From the NCBI GenBank assembly GCA_965603825.1, contig CBFDEM010000056.1, positions 434,001 to 498,000 on the forward strand: 64,000 nucleotides of DNA, read 5' to 3'. The stretch is from Blepharisma stoltei ATCC 30299. Its lineage: Eukaryota > Protista > Ciliophora. Positions 22,900 to 34,746 of this stretch are shown here, one piece after another (position 1 is the stretch's first letter; every line of letters starts with the position of its first letter). Position numbers and translations under genes: made by a program. The notes under the pieces are model-generated. The model had not been told where the DNA came from. It did no database searches and saw nothing but the letters and a program-made list of their open reading frames with translations.

Positions 22900-23496
22900 T
22901 TAATCTGATAGTTTGCTCAATAATCTATTTATGGTATCCCTTGCAGGAGACTGTTCTTCTTTTGACCCAGGTTTGCTCCATACCTTCTTCTTCGCACCTG
23001 ATTCAAGTGAAACACTCAGATTTTTATTCTTCCCAGAAAATCCATCTCCAAATTTTGATAAGGGCTCTAAAGGCGAAGTATTGTCTGATCTTTTGTCATC
23101 ATCTGTAGTGTCAACCCTAATTGATTTTTTAAATCTATCAAAATCACTTTTTCTCTCTCTTGATGAATTAGATTTGCTATGGCAACGTTTAGATCGTTTT
23201 CTCCTATATCCAAATTTATCATACATCATCCTTTCATGCTCTGAAATTTCTTGCTGAGCGATATAATTCACTGCAAAAGGACTATTGTTGAACCTCATCA
23301 TAGATCTTTTGATAATTTCTTCTCGATGCTTTTTCTCACTCATTTCGCCATTCAGCTTCTCTTGAAGGTTTCGCTCTTTGTAAAGATCTCGGATTAAAAA
23401 TGATCTTGCCTTTATTTTGGAGTATTGAAGCTGGCATTTCTTTTTGAAAGAAATTTCTTGGGTTTTTGAAGATTGCTCTAAAACGCTTGGCTTCAT
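22900..23496 (-). CDS. Hypothetical basic protein
   Basis: 198-aa ORF with AT-rich flanks, ends TAA. Confidence 0.7.
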   Translation of the reverse strand: MKPSVLEQSSKTQEISFKKKCQLQYSKIKARSFLIRDLYKERNLQEKLNGEMSEKKHREEIIKRSMMRFNNSPFAVNYIAQQEISEHERMMYDKFGYRRKRSKRCHSKSNSSRERKSDFDRFKKSIRVDTTDDDKRSDNTSPLEPLSKFGDGFSGKNKNLSVSLESGAKKKVWSKPGSKEEQSPARDTINRLLSKLSD

Positions 23497-23813
23497 TAAT
23501 TATTTAAATATATTTTGCGAGGCCAATATTATTAGTAGACTAAAGTTAAATACAGTTTTAATCAATTTGAATTATCAGAGCTCTTTAATTAATAAGCAAG
23601 TTTTGATTAATTCATATTTCTAATTTTGTTTAATCAATAATGATTAATATGATAGTTTCCTAACAACTTTTGCGAAAGTAAATTCGAATTTCCAGTGAAC
23701 TTAATATTTCTATTGATTTCATCTAATAACTATTCTAGAGGAAGATAATATTCTTAAAAGAAAAATTATTCTGATATATGATAAAATGTACTTCTAAATT
23801 CATATTAATTTAT

Positions 23814-25430
23814 ATGGAAGAATCCTGGCGAGACACCATCATAACAAGACTTCATGAAAGAAATTGCACCCAAACCACCCCCTTTCAGCACATCATCCCA
23901 GCATGTAAATTCTACATAGATATTAATCTCCAAAAGCAATATCGAGAAACATACACTCAAAAAACTACTTTGGAGCGAGAAAATTTAGTCATAAAGAAAA
24001 CAACAGCGTACTGTTAAAGTAGAGATCCTTTAATAATCGAAGAACTTAAAGAAAACGTCAACAAACTTAAGGCAGAACTGATGGATTCTTACAAAAACAA
24101 GCATGAAAATGTTTCTTCAGTCCTGATCCTAAAAGAAGAAAAAGAAAAACTAGGCTCAACTTTAGATTTAACTAACAGAGAACTAGAAGCATTAAGAACG
24201 AGAATCGAGGAATGTGAAGAAGATATCAAAGAGAAAGATTTAGCAACAAAGCAGCTGAAATCTGCAAACGAACTTCTTTTTAATGAAAATGACGACTTAA
24301 AGCACAAATTAGATGAGCAGATACAAGAAGTCCTAAAATTAAAACATGAAAATCAACAGTTATTGGAGAGGATGCTCAAGCTGAAAGAAGACCAAATCAC
24401 TCAGATGAATGAGCTAAATGAATATTACGAAAGTATCCTTAGGAGAGAAAAAGCACTTGAAACTTTTAAGCCTGGACCTGATGTGGACTTAAGCTTCGAA
24501 ACAAGCTCTGGGAGAGAGCTGGTAAGACCTGTGAGTGTACCTGTAAGAACTTTACACAAAATTATGGGTCATGGAGGAGAAATTAGTGCGGTTTCTTATA
24601 ATGATGGAGGAAACCTAATAGTCACAGCTGGAAGCGATAATTTCGTCAAATTATGGGATCCAACAAAAGGACAAGAAAAAATGTGCCTGCGAGGCATGCC
24701 TAGAGGAGCACTAGATGCATCGATCTCCCCAGGAACCGAATTAATTATGGCAGGATCTACAGATAACAATGCATATATTTGGAACTATGCAACTGCAAGA
24801 GTCAAACACACGCTAACAGGTCATGCAGGAAAAGTATGCTCTTCGATATTTTTCAATAATAAATTATCAGCAGTTACTGGTAGCGAAGATCGAACTATGA
24901 GAATTTGGGATGTAGCTAAAGGATACTGCAGCAAAACAATTACTGTCTTTTCAAGCTGTCTTGGAGTTTGTCTAAGTCATGAAGATAGCATAATGGCATC
25001 TGCTCATAATGATGGACATCTAAGAATATGGGCAAGCCGAACTGGGGAAAATATTCAAGATCTGCCTTTACATGATTTGCCAACAACGCACACTGCAATC
25101 TGTTGGAATGGTCACTATGCTGCAACAAGCAGCAAAGACAACACAATCTCTATCTTAGATTTAAGAATGTTTGAGAAATTAGTAACATTGTCTCACCCTG
25201 ATTATCAAAATAGTGGGAAATTCTCAAAAATATGCTGGAGCTCAGATAGTAGATATATTGTTGCTGGTGGGCATAATGGCTGGGTTTTTATTTGGGATAT
25301 TAATTCAGGCAAAGCTGACACAATATTAAAAAATGAGCATTCAAATCCTGTGATCGCTGTATCTTGGAAGCCAAGAGGGTCTCAATTTGTAAGCGTTGAC
25401 TCTGTCGGAGGAATTGTGGTTTGGGACTAA
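23814..25430 (+). CDS. ATG16: Autophagy protein ATG16 (ATG5-binding helix, coiled coil, WD40 repeats)
   Basis: MEESWRDTIITRLHERN...PF N-terminus, coiled coil, about seven WD repeats; introns 23905-23919 and 24008-24022. Confidence 0.85.
23905..23919 (+). other. 15-nt intron (phase 1, stop-free)
   Basis: GTAAATTCTACATAG, A at position 10. Confidence 0.7.
24008..24022 (+). other. 15-nt intron
   Basis: GTACTGTTAAAGTAG; removes an in-frame TAA. Confidence 0.85.
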
Positions 25431-25557
25431 TCATCGTCAAAGACAAATAAAATTAATTATTAAAGAATTATTATTTGCAATAAGAATATTTTATATCGAT
25501 GAAATTAGTAGAAAAATTGGCAAAAATCAATCTTCTCTAGAAAATAGGCAAATCAAA

Positions 25558-26984
25558 ATGGGAGAAAAGCTGAGTAAAGAGAACCAAAAAGTAAAGTTTA
25601 GCTTTGATAAGCCAGTTGAGTTCACAGCACTGACTCTTACCAAATGTATTTTCTATTCAGGAACAAAACAAGAAATTTTAAAATTGTACAATAGATATCT
25701 CAATTATAATCAGGCCAATGGACTCTATCTTGCTGTTCCCGTCGCAAAGCATGTATTTAAGCAGACTTCTGCAGAAGGACTGGATGGAGAAATTTTTCGT
25801 CTATTTGGGCACAAATCCAAAGTGAATATTTTGGAATTTGTTTCTGCTCTTATAATTTATGCTTCAATTGACTGAAAAGAAAAAGTTCAATTAACAATGC
25901 GAATTTTCGACTTTGATGGGAATGGTTGCTTTTCAATCGATGAAGCCATTGTCCTAATCAAATCATTTTTCAGAGGGTATGCTGCAATTACGAAAAGCTC
26001 TTTTATCAGCTCTGGCATCGTTGAACAAATTGCAAGTTTGATATTCAAAGATACTTTTAACGAAAATGAAGACACAATTGATTTGGAAGAGTAATTTTTC
26101 TATTAGGATTTGCAAATTGAGTAAGACTTCATTCTGAAGCAAAAGAGTTGTTTGAAATCAATCAGCCATCCTTGGTCTTACCTAAAGAACTCACAGTTAA
26201 GCGATCAAGATCTGAAGCTCCTTCTTTTGCAATAACTCCTCCTTGTAGAACCCCTGATTTGACACCAAAGAGACTTAGAATTTTTCGAAAATCGGAACTT
26301 CCTCTCAAAATACAAAATTCAACTCCTAGAAGAATTTCAGTGTCATTTATGAAAAGTCCTCCAAAAAAAAGAATGAATAAAAAACCTTTATCAAGTAAGC
26401 CACTTTTTATAGTTACTGATAATATACAAACTTATACCAAAGAATTCGTCATATGGATGTACAAAGTTTTTAATTCATTGGATTTACATCTGAAAGACCA
26501 TGTTTCTATTTATTCTTTGATTTCTGAGTTTAGAAGGATAAAGCACATAGAAATTGCAAATAAGCTTGAAGCATATTGCAGTAAGACGCACATGACTAAA
26601 ATAGACTTTAAAGAATTATTGAAAATCGTATGTGTAGGCGTTGGGATATTCCAAATAAAGAGAATGCTCACATGGGTTATCAAAGATGTGCCTGCAAACG
26701 AGAGTTTTGACAAACCCAAGCATTTTAAAGACAAGCTTGGACTTAGAACTGCAAAAAAGTTTCGAGTCTTATTTCAAAAAATTGACACAAATAAAGATGG
26801 CCTTATCGATTTAGAAGAATTAAAAGAAGCCCTACAAGAAGACTTCGATCTAAGGCATATTGAAGAAATTTTCAGAGAATACGATGAAGATAAAAATAAT
26901 GTTATAGATTTTGGTGAATTTCTTAAAATGATGGCTCCACTTGGAGTTGAAGTTCCAGACGATCTGATTGAAAAAGCATCATAA
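25558..26984 (+). CDS. Multi-EF-hand Ca2+-binding protein (recoverin/calcineurin-B-like N-half, calmodulin-like C-terminal pair)
   Basis: MGEKLS myristoylation-like start; DFDGNG, DTNKDG and DEDKNN loops; two TGA=W; needs an atypical intron at 26091. Confidence 0.75.
26091..26107 (+). other. Probable 17-nt non-canonical GT-GG intron
   Basis: GTAATTTTTCTATTAGG; removing 17 nt gives IDLEEFAN[W]VR in frame with ORF 26148, whereas the 16-nt GT-AG cut runs into TAA. Confidence 0.55.
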
Positions 26985-27041
26985 TTATTCTATACGTAAG
27001 TTTTTTTAATGACTTAATCATTAAAAAAATATTTTTTATAA

Positions 27042-28949
27042 ATGAGAGTTTTAATAGTAGACGGTTTTGCGGATAGTCCTGAAAGTCGACGCTCATGAAC
27101 AATTTTCAAATCATTGGTAAGGGAGGCATTTACTCATCAGAAAATGTATAATGTCGCTGATATAGAATTTATTGAGGTTAATTATGAATCAATAGACACT
27201 TATCTTTATGAGCTCAATACAGGGTATCATAGCAGAGACGCAGAAAAGCTTTTCGACCATCTCGATTTAATATTCATTGATGGGGAAGCAAATATGCTGC
27301 CTTGGCTCCGCAAAGCAAGAAAATTTTTAACTTTAGTCAGAATGTGTAAAAAAACAAACAAGATAATGTTTGCATGCACATTTGCGATGCAAATGCTTGT
27401 ATATTTATGCGCAACGAATTATAACATTGATAGAGTCATCAATGGAAAAGGCAGAGGAAGTTCTTTGGCTGAAATAAATAAAATCCCAAAAGAAAGTTTG
27501 AATAGGCTGACTTTTGGGGATGCGTTTTTAGATAGCTCAACAGGCGATATTTATTGCTTTGACCCTCACAGAGGTGAGTTTTATCCGGTTTCAAATGCAG
27601 GAATCCACAATCATAAAGCTGCTCAAGAAAACGAAAAAGTTAGCAAAGCAATGATTAAATCGCATCAGTACTGAGCAAAAGCCTTTGACTCGCCAAATGA
27701 CGTTTATATTGGAAAATCGAATGAAACCAAATGCAGAATTTTTAAACAGTATGTTCAGCATTGGCTTGTTAAAGGGTTAGGATTCAACGAATATTTAGTC
27801 CCAAGCCTGAATAAATGAGATGTGCATCCAGTTAATGCGACTTTAAAAGGAAATGTGTACACAGTTTTTGCAGAAAGTGATCGAGGGCCTCAAATCATCG
27901 TGCATCGTAATGCAGTTGGTGTGCAATTTCATCCTAACCCTAAGTATCCTGCTACTTTTACAGTCGTAAAAAACTTTGTAGTTTATATGATGTCCAGATT
28001 CCAAAATGAAACTGCAAAGTTGGACATTCCGCTTTCAATTGTAACAAAATCTGGCCTAGGCGTAGGCTCAAGCATGGGATCTGTTAGTTCTGACACTGGT
28101 TTAAAAGCAAATGAAGCAAAACATTCTGGATTTGCATTCTCTTTGAGAGATGGAGAGCCTTTAACTGTGAAAATTAACGCCACCACTTCAGAGGCAATTA
28201 AACTTGCAAGCCCAACCCCTGGGCTTAGACCTAGAAGTTCCATTGATGAGAACTCAGAAGCAGAGGACTCCTCTGAAGGCAGCATATTTAGCCATCATTC
28301 CTTAAAGCGAAAAAATACGAACAAAAAGGTTGCGTTTACCAAAAAAGAATCAGCCACAACACGAGAAAATCCAATACTCGATGAAAGAGTTATTAAGCCA
28401 ATCCAATCAGAATATATCAACACTCTCGGAAACGATTTTATTGAATCTTTGCCCACAGCCTGAAAAAGTAAAAAAGAAATCAGATCATTTTTACACCCTG
28501 GCTACGAAGTAGATAACATGCCTAAGAGAGGAATTATCATGAATGGCAAAAATCTAACATTGACAAGAAATGATTTTGAGTATTATGAAAAGCCTCTTGT
28601 AAAAATGATTGTTTCACCTACACCTTACTGCAGATATAACAAAGAGTTTAAAGCAGCAGAGACAGAGACTTTTGCAAAAACAAGGACATCAAGTTTTCCT
28701 AATTTAGGAGCGACAATAAGAAATGATGGAACGCCATTTATTGAGCCAGAAAAAAGGAAATTAAAAGAAAAAATAAAAGATAAAGAAAAATGAGTTGCAA
28801 GAACTGATTTCAATAGAGTTTTTTCTGCCAGTCCTGCTGAAAAGCCACCTGGGTTTAACTCCCTTTCTACTCCTCTTCATGAGCACAAGTTCAGAGATGA
28901 AAACAAAGCAAAATGGATTTATGGAGCATTTAAAATTGGAAGTTATTAA
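27042..28949 (+). CDS. Class I glutamine amidotransferase-like fold protein, probably non-catalytic
   Basis: MRVLIVDG, IMFACTFAMQML, AVGVQFHPN; ORFs 27114, 27822 and 28518 are one frame with five TGA=W; ends TAA. Confidence 0.75.
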
Positions 28950-29085
28950 TATTCCTAATGATATAATCTTGTAATTTTATAATGGGCAGCTAATATAATG
29001 CAGCTCTCAATATCGAATTGGATAAATAATTCCAAGCTTATAATTTCTTAAGATAATATGAACTTCTGGAATGAGATAATTGATT

Positions 29086-29964
29086 ATGATAGACTCATTA
29101 AATTCCCTGCAATCGAAAAATAACATAATTTCCAGTGACCAAATACAATTTAAAGTTTATCAGATTTCTGATTGAATTGAAATCATAAATAGCAATGACA
29201 TCTCACACATTAACAGATATGAATTAAAGTGCAATTTATCTCGTGGAATTCCTGAATGCATAAGAGGAGACGTTTGAGCATTCCTTTCAAAAGCGAATAA
29301 ATATATAGAGCGATCAGACCAATTTACATATTTTAGGCTCTTCTCTCAAGATAATTTAGAAATTGAGCTCCAAATCAGGAAAGATATACACCGAACTTTC
29401 CCTGAGCATGAAATGTTTGCTTTTGAAGATGGATATGGCCAGCAAGGCCTTTTGAACATTCTTAAAGCATATTCACAGTTTGACTCTGAAATAGGATACT
29501 GCCAAGGGATGGGGTTTATTGCAGGGATACTTTTAATGTATATGCATTCTGAAGAATTGGCGTTTTGAGGATTTGTGGGGCTTATGGATAAAAAAAACTG
29601 AAGAAGAATATATGAAATTCATACTCCTGGATTATTGGAATTAATTAAAAAATTATCATCACGAATACAAACTGAGCTTCCAATGATTTTTAAACATTTT
29701 CATAATGAGGGTGTTGATTTTACTGTATTTTCCAGATATTTTATTACAATTTGTTCATATCGAGTGCCAATAAAGTTTGCGGTGAGAATTATGGATGTGT
29801 TTTTGCTTGAAGGTGAAGATGAATTGATAAAAATTATTGCAAAAATGCTTGAGCTAAAGCAGAAAAGAATATTAAGACTAAAACAAGAAGCGTTGTATTC
29901 TTATATTAATGAAAATTTAGTTACAGAATGCTACGAAGAATTTGAAATGCTATTAATTCTTTAG
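29086..29964 (+). CDS. TBC-domain Rab GTPase-activating protein
   Basis: RGIPECIRGDV[W], IRKDIHRTFP, GYCQGMGF, EELAF[W]; four TGA=W. Confidence 0.9.
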
Positions 29965-29991
29965 GAAAAAAAATAGAAATCGATTATGTAA

Positions 29992-30552
29992 TTAAAATTG
30001 GAAATCGATATTAATTAGAGGTTTCATATTAAAGGCAAATAGGATTGCATTGTTCATAAAACTAAGAATAGATATCAAATTTGGATCAAATAGGTGCTGA
30101 ATTTTTAAAAAAGAAATTATTAAGTATCCAAACCAGAATAATATTTGCGTAGCGACAAAAACTAAAAAAACAATAACAATTCTTTCATTGCCAAGCCCAT
30201 TTGCAGCTGCTGAGAGCAAATTGACGACAAAAATAAAATTTTCAACTAATAAATTTTGTAAAATATATTTGAATGTTACTAGGAAAGCATTTTCATGGCA
30301 TTTAATTGTATCAGAAGCAGATGAGAATAATCTGTACATCATTATAGCAAATACTTGTAGAAATATTATAATTGTACTAAGCCCAGCACATCTTGCAGCT
30401 AGCTCTAATGTTTCGTAAGGTTTTCAGTACTGAAATGCTACTTTATTCTCTCATTTTCATGCCTTTTTAAAGAAAGAAGCACTGAATGCAACCACTGCTG
30501 AGATGACTAGCATTTTATTGACGAGAGCTGGCTCATTATGTATATTTTCCAT
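29992..30552 (-). CDS. Small multi-pass membrane protein (MAPEG-like)
   Basis: ORF 29992 extends to ATG 30552 through three TGA; several hydrophobic helices, YILQNLLVENF. Confidence 0.65.
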
Positions 30553-30618
30553 TTATAATTAAAATATTTCAGGATGATTTTAATAAAGAAAATGAATTCC
30601 AAGATTATATTATAGAAT

Positions 30619-32565
30619 TTATAAAGATACAGTACTCCTAAAATTTGCAGAAGATAATTTTGAGTAAAGAGTTTTTTTAAGTTCACCAATTTGCTCAGCA
30701 TACGAATTCTTTTTTGGGGATCTACTTGGAGACTTTTCTTTAAGTTTTAATTCCTGTTGAAATCCTTTGCATTTATTAATCAAATCTTGGCACCGGATAT
30801 CTTTACTTTCATTCACCTTTTCCAATTCTCTAATTTTTTCAAGTGCAGAGTCTCGTTGGTCTTTATAGCTATTAATTAAATTTAGTAGGTATTCTTGCTC
30901 ATCATTTTTGCTTTTTTTTTCTTTTAATAGCATATGTTTAGCCCTTTCAAGCGCTTCATTAACTTTTTTAAGATTTTCATTCTCTTTTGATATCTCTTCT
31001 AATTTCTTCCTTAACTCTATATCATTTTTTTTATAATTTTTTAATTCTTGCAAAGAATTCGGTTTCAATTGGGTTATTTCTTCATAATGCTTAACATTAG
31101 CCTTTATCTTTTCAAATTCTTCAATTGAACTCATTCATTCAACCTTTTCTTTTAATAATTTCTCATTTAGATTTCGTAGAGATATGATGTCGTTGTCTTT
31201 TTCTTTGAGTTTGCTCTCCATTTGTTTTCTGAATAAAAATTACTTTTCTTTAAGCAGCTTATCAAGATCTTTTATGAATTTCATTTTATTATTTCCAAAA
31301 ATCGAATATTTTTCATCAGATAGCAAGATATTAAGTTTTGATTCTAATTCTTCGTTTTTTTGTTTTAATTCTTCTATATGTTGAAGCAACTCTTGATTTT
31401 CGCTCTTTAAAACTTTTATTTTCCTTTTTATTTTAGTTTTTCTTTTAGAATCAGAACTTTTCTCTTCTTGCTGGTTCTCATCTGATGCAATTAAGATGCC
31501 GTTTTGATCAGTCGAATGCTCGGAGTCATTTTTAGCATGAGATTGATAATAATTAACAACCCTTGTAAATTTCCCCTTTCTTTCCTCGTTATTTTGTTTT
31601 TGGGTTTCTACTTTGAGGTCCTCATTTGAAACTTCTTCAACTATGATTTCAGAGTCTTCTTTAGCAGAATAAACTCTTGAGTGCTCCTTTTCTTCTTCAT
31701 AAGAAATGGATAAATTGCTTATCACTGTTACTTTATCAATTGGAACAGGCTCAGGCTTTATTATATCTTCTGATTCATAACTCGAAGATTGAGATGTTCT
31801 CATTGATATAGCATAAGAGCCCAATGGCTTTGAAGAATCAGACGCTTTAGAAAATGATTGGGAAACTACTGATTTTGAAGATTTGTTTGGCCTTCTCAGC
31901 CTATCTAATCTTTGATTTTCTATTCTCTTTGTACTTCCCACCTTTCCTTTATTTCTTAATTCCTTTTCGTTTTTCATTGTAACTGGACTTATCGCTTTCT
32001 CAGATGCACTAATTTCACTTTCAGAAAGTTCCAGAGTTCTGCCAGATATTTCCCCAGTAGTTTCTAATTTTTCATCAAAAAGCAAGCTAATTTGAGGTTT
32101 TTTAAGCATAACAAAAGTATGATCTTCTTGCCTAATTAGATCATCTTCCCTAATTAGATCATCTTCGCTGATTAGCGAAGAACTAATAACAGAAAGCTCA
32201 GGCTCAGCCTCTTGCATTTCGACTTTTTGAGGAGATTCCAGACAATACAAAGAGTCATTATCTCCTAACAGATCATAATATCTTCTGACAGAGTCGTCGT
32301 TAAAAGAAATTCTTTCTTCATCATGATCTGCGCTTCGAGGAGGATTAAAGAGCTCTCCTAAATCAATGAGCCTTCCTGAATCAGTCTCATATACTTTTGT
32401 AGGGCTTGGAGTTTCGCTCTTTGCAACCATTTCTTTTCCAATTGATAGTCTAAGTGAATTTTACGCTCGCTTTATGCGTCTATTTAATATATCAGGAGAA
32501 GTGCATATCGGCGCCATTGTAATCGTTCTTGATCTGAATTTTCTTTGATGAGGATTTTCCGACAT
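30619..32565 (-). CDS. Ser/Glu-rich protein with C-terminal coiled coil
   Basis: Introns 32450-32464 and 31229-31243 and one TGA join ORFs 31240 and 30619. Confidence 0.8.
31229..31243 (-). other. 15-nt intron
   Basis: GTAATTTTTATTCAG; removes an in-frame TAA. Confidence 0.85.
32131..32166. repeat. Exact 18-bp tandem duplication (EDDLIR x2)
   Basis: CCTAATTAGATCATCTTC repeated twice. Confidence 0.9.
32450..32464 (-). other. 15-nt intron
   Basis: GTAAAATTCACTTAG; removes an in-frame TAA. Confidence 0.8.
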
Positions 32566-33001
32566 GGTGTTTTTGATTTATTACTCTCTCGAAATTTATA
32601 TCATAGCTATTAATAATAAGTGTTATTAAAATACACAATTGTTCGATTATTAATTCATATCTAAAATATTATTTGTTCCTTGTCATCTTATGACCATTCC
32701 TTCCATCATTGACCTTCATTGGAGATGGCTCTCGTATATTACTAAAAAAAGCAAATATTCTTAAATCTATGTGAAAAAATTGCTGGAATAAACTTATTAG
32801 TAATTAGACAATAATCTCTGCAAAAATTAGCTAATCTTATAAGAATTTTGATGTAAGATTTTGTTTTACAGAAACCAAGTCTTTAATAAATAAAACCAAA
32901 AATGTAAATTATTTTGATAAAATTATTTCGTAAAACTGATGATAGTTACTTTTCCGTCCTTATTCAATTCAAACATATTTTATTGTATTTAAATAAATAA
33001 T

Positions 33002-34723
33002 ATGGGCTGTTGTGAGGCAACACAAATAAATCCACGACTTCTTTCCAGAATTGAAATTCCCTTAGAAGAAAAAGCTATTAAGAAGCAGGAAAGGGAGCTT
33101 GCAATATTTCAAAGATCTGCAAAGGAGCTTAAATATACATTTAAAACGAACAGTAAGAACGGCCTGATCACCCTTCCCATGCTTAAAAGATCAATATACC
33201 AGCTTGGCCTAAATTTTGATGAGATATATAATAACTGTTCCCCAACTTATAAACTTTTTCAGTCGCTTTCTAATGAAGAAGGCTTCTATAATTCAAATGA
33301 TATTGAGCTTTGCGCAGTTTTGCTAGGATCAGGAAGCGCTAAAGATAAGCTTTTAATCCTTTTTGAGCATATTGATAAATCTGCTGATGGAGTTCTTTAC
33401 AAAGATGAAACCTGTAAAGTGCTCAAACAAATGATTGACTTATCTCTTAATAAAATACCAACTTCTATAAATAGCGAAAACTATTTATCCTCTATAGAAC
33501 TAAAAGAGTATATTGAGTCCTTAGTAAAATCTGAGTCAAAGTTTCTTGATAAAGTATTTCAAAGTATTTTTAATAACGACAGCGATGAAGTTTCCATAGA
33601 AGATTTAGAGAAGATGCTCTGTGAGTATCCCAAGCTTGAACGGCTAGTATGGAGTTCAGGAATTAGAATTTCTTTATACGAAGAGTCAAATTTATACTCT
33701 CATCCATTAAAATTTTCTCTTGAGTATTTTGAAGAATGCGATAAAAAAAGAAATAGAAGTTTAGGTTGCGAAAATGATTTTTCAGCGCAAAACCCTATCG
33801 ATAACCCAGTAAGCTACCAAACTTTTAGAAACCAAGCAAGAAATAAAACTCATGATATTTCTGACTTCATTATGAAAGAAAAATCTAATGCACTTGAGAA
33901 AAATATAAATATAAGTGATGATATGATTCCAAGCTCAGTTTTTAAATATTCTTTGACTGATGCACCAGTTAAATTCGATATTTCTGTTGTCAAGTTTTTC
34001 CAGCTTTTCCTTGCGGATGATGCTGAAGAATTCCGGCTGAAATATCATTCAGTTGCAGGCGATACAAACCTAAAAGTAGGAAAATGGAGCAAACCTCCTC
34101 CAGGTGTATTTTCAGGAATCCCAGGAGATGGATGGAACCACACGTCAACAAGGAATGTTTCATATATCCATCCTCTTCATGATAGGATTCCAATGATGCC
34201 TGCCAAAAGCGAAACCAAAGAAGAATATAAAATTTACTTCTTGTCTAAAGATGAACTTATATTGGATGTCGTTTTATGAAACCGTGATGTTCCGTATGGG
34301 AATTATTTCAGGTGTTGCATGAGGTGGATAATAACTGGAGATCCCACTTGCACTGTAGACATAAGGTTTGGGGTCGATTTCGTAAAAAAGACTATTTTTA
34401 GAGGTAAAATAGAAAAAACGTCTTTAGAGCAGTCGAGAAAAGCAATTAACACACTGTGACTGCCAATAGCAATGAAAATAATTCAAGAATCATCAGGAAA
34501 GCCATCAAAATTTGCTGAAGAAATTGTTATGAAGCATGAAAAGCCTGTCACTATTATAAAAGAAAATAAAACTTGGCATTTATGGACTATCATTTTAGTT
34601 CTCTTACTTATAATTATTTTCTTATGGTATCGTATAGTTGGTCTAGAGAATGAATTTAGATATGCAAGAGAAGATTTACTGTTAAATAGATATGCAAACC
34701 TAACCAGTTTAAGCAATAAATAA
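33002..34723 (+). CDS. N-acylated EF-hand + VASt (StART-like, Aster/Lam type) protein with C-terminal TM helix
   Basis: MGCC start; KLLILFEHIDKSADG; VASt motifs DVPYGNYF..RW and FVKKTIFRGKIE; TM WTIILVLLLIIIFLW; two TGA=W. Confidence 0.8.
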
Positions 34724-34746
34724 TAATCATTTATTCAATGGTACTT

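Noticed and set aside
28468-28483. GTAAAAAAGAAATCAG as a 16-nt intron
   Set aside because: The frame is already open through it, and removal would disconnect the downstream ORF 28518
29058-29123. Short out-of-frame ORF overlapping the TBC start (uORF)
   Set aside because: Transcript start unknown, and short ORFs like this are expected by chance
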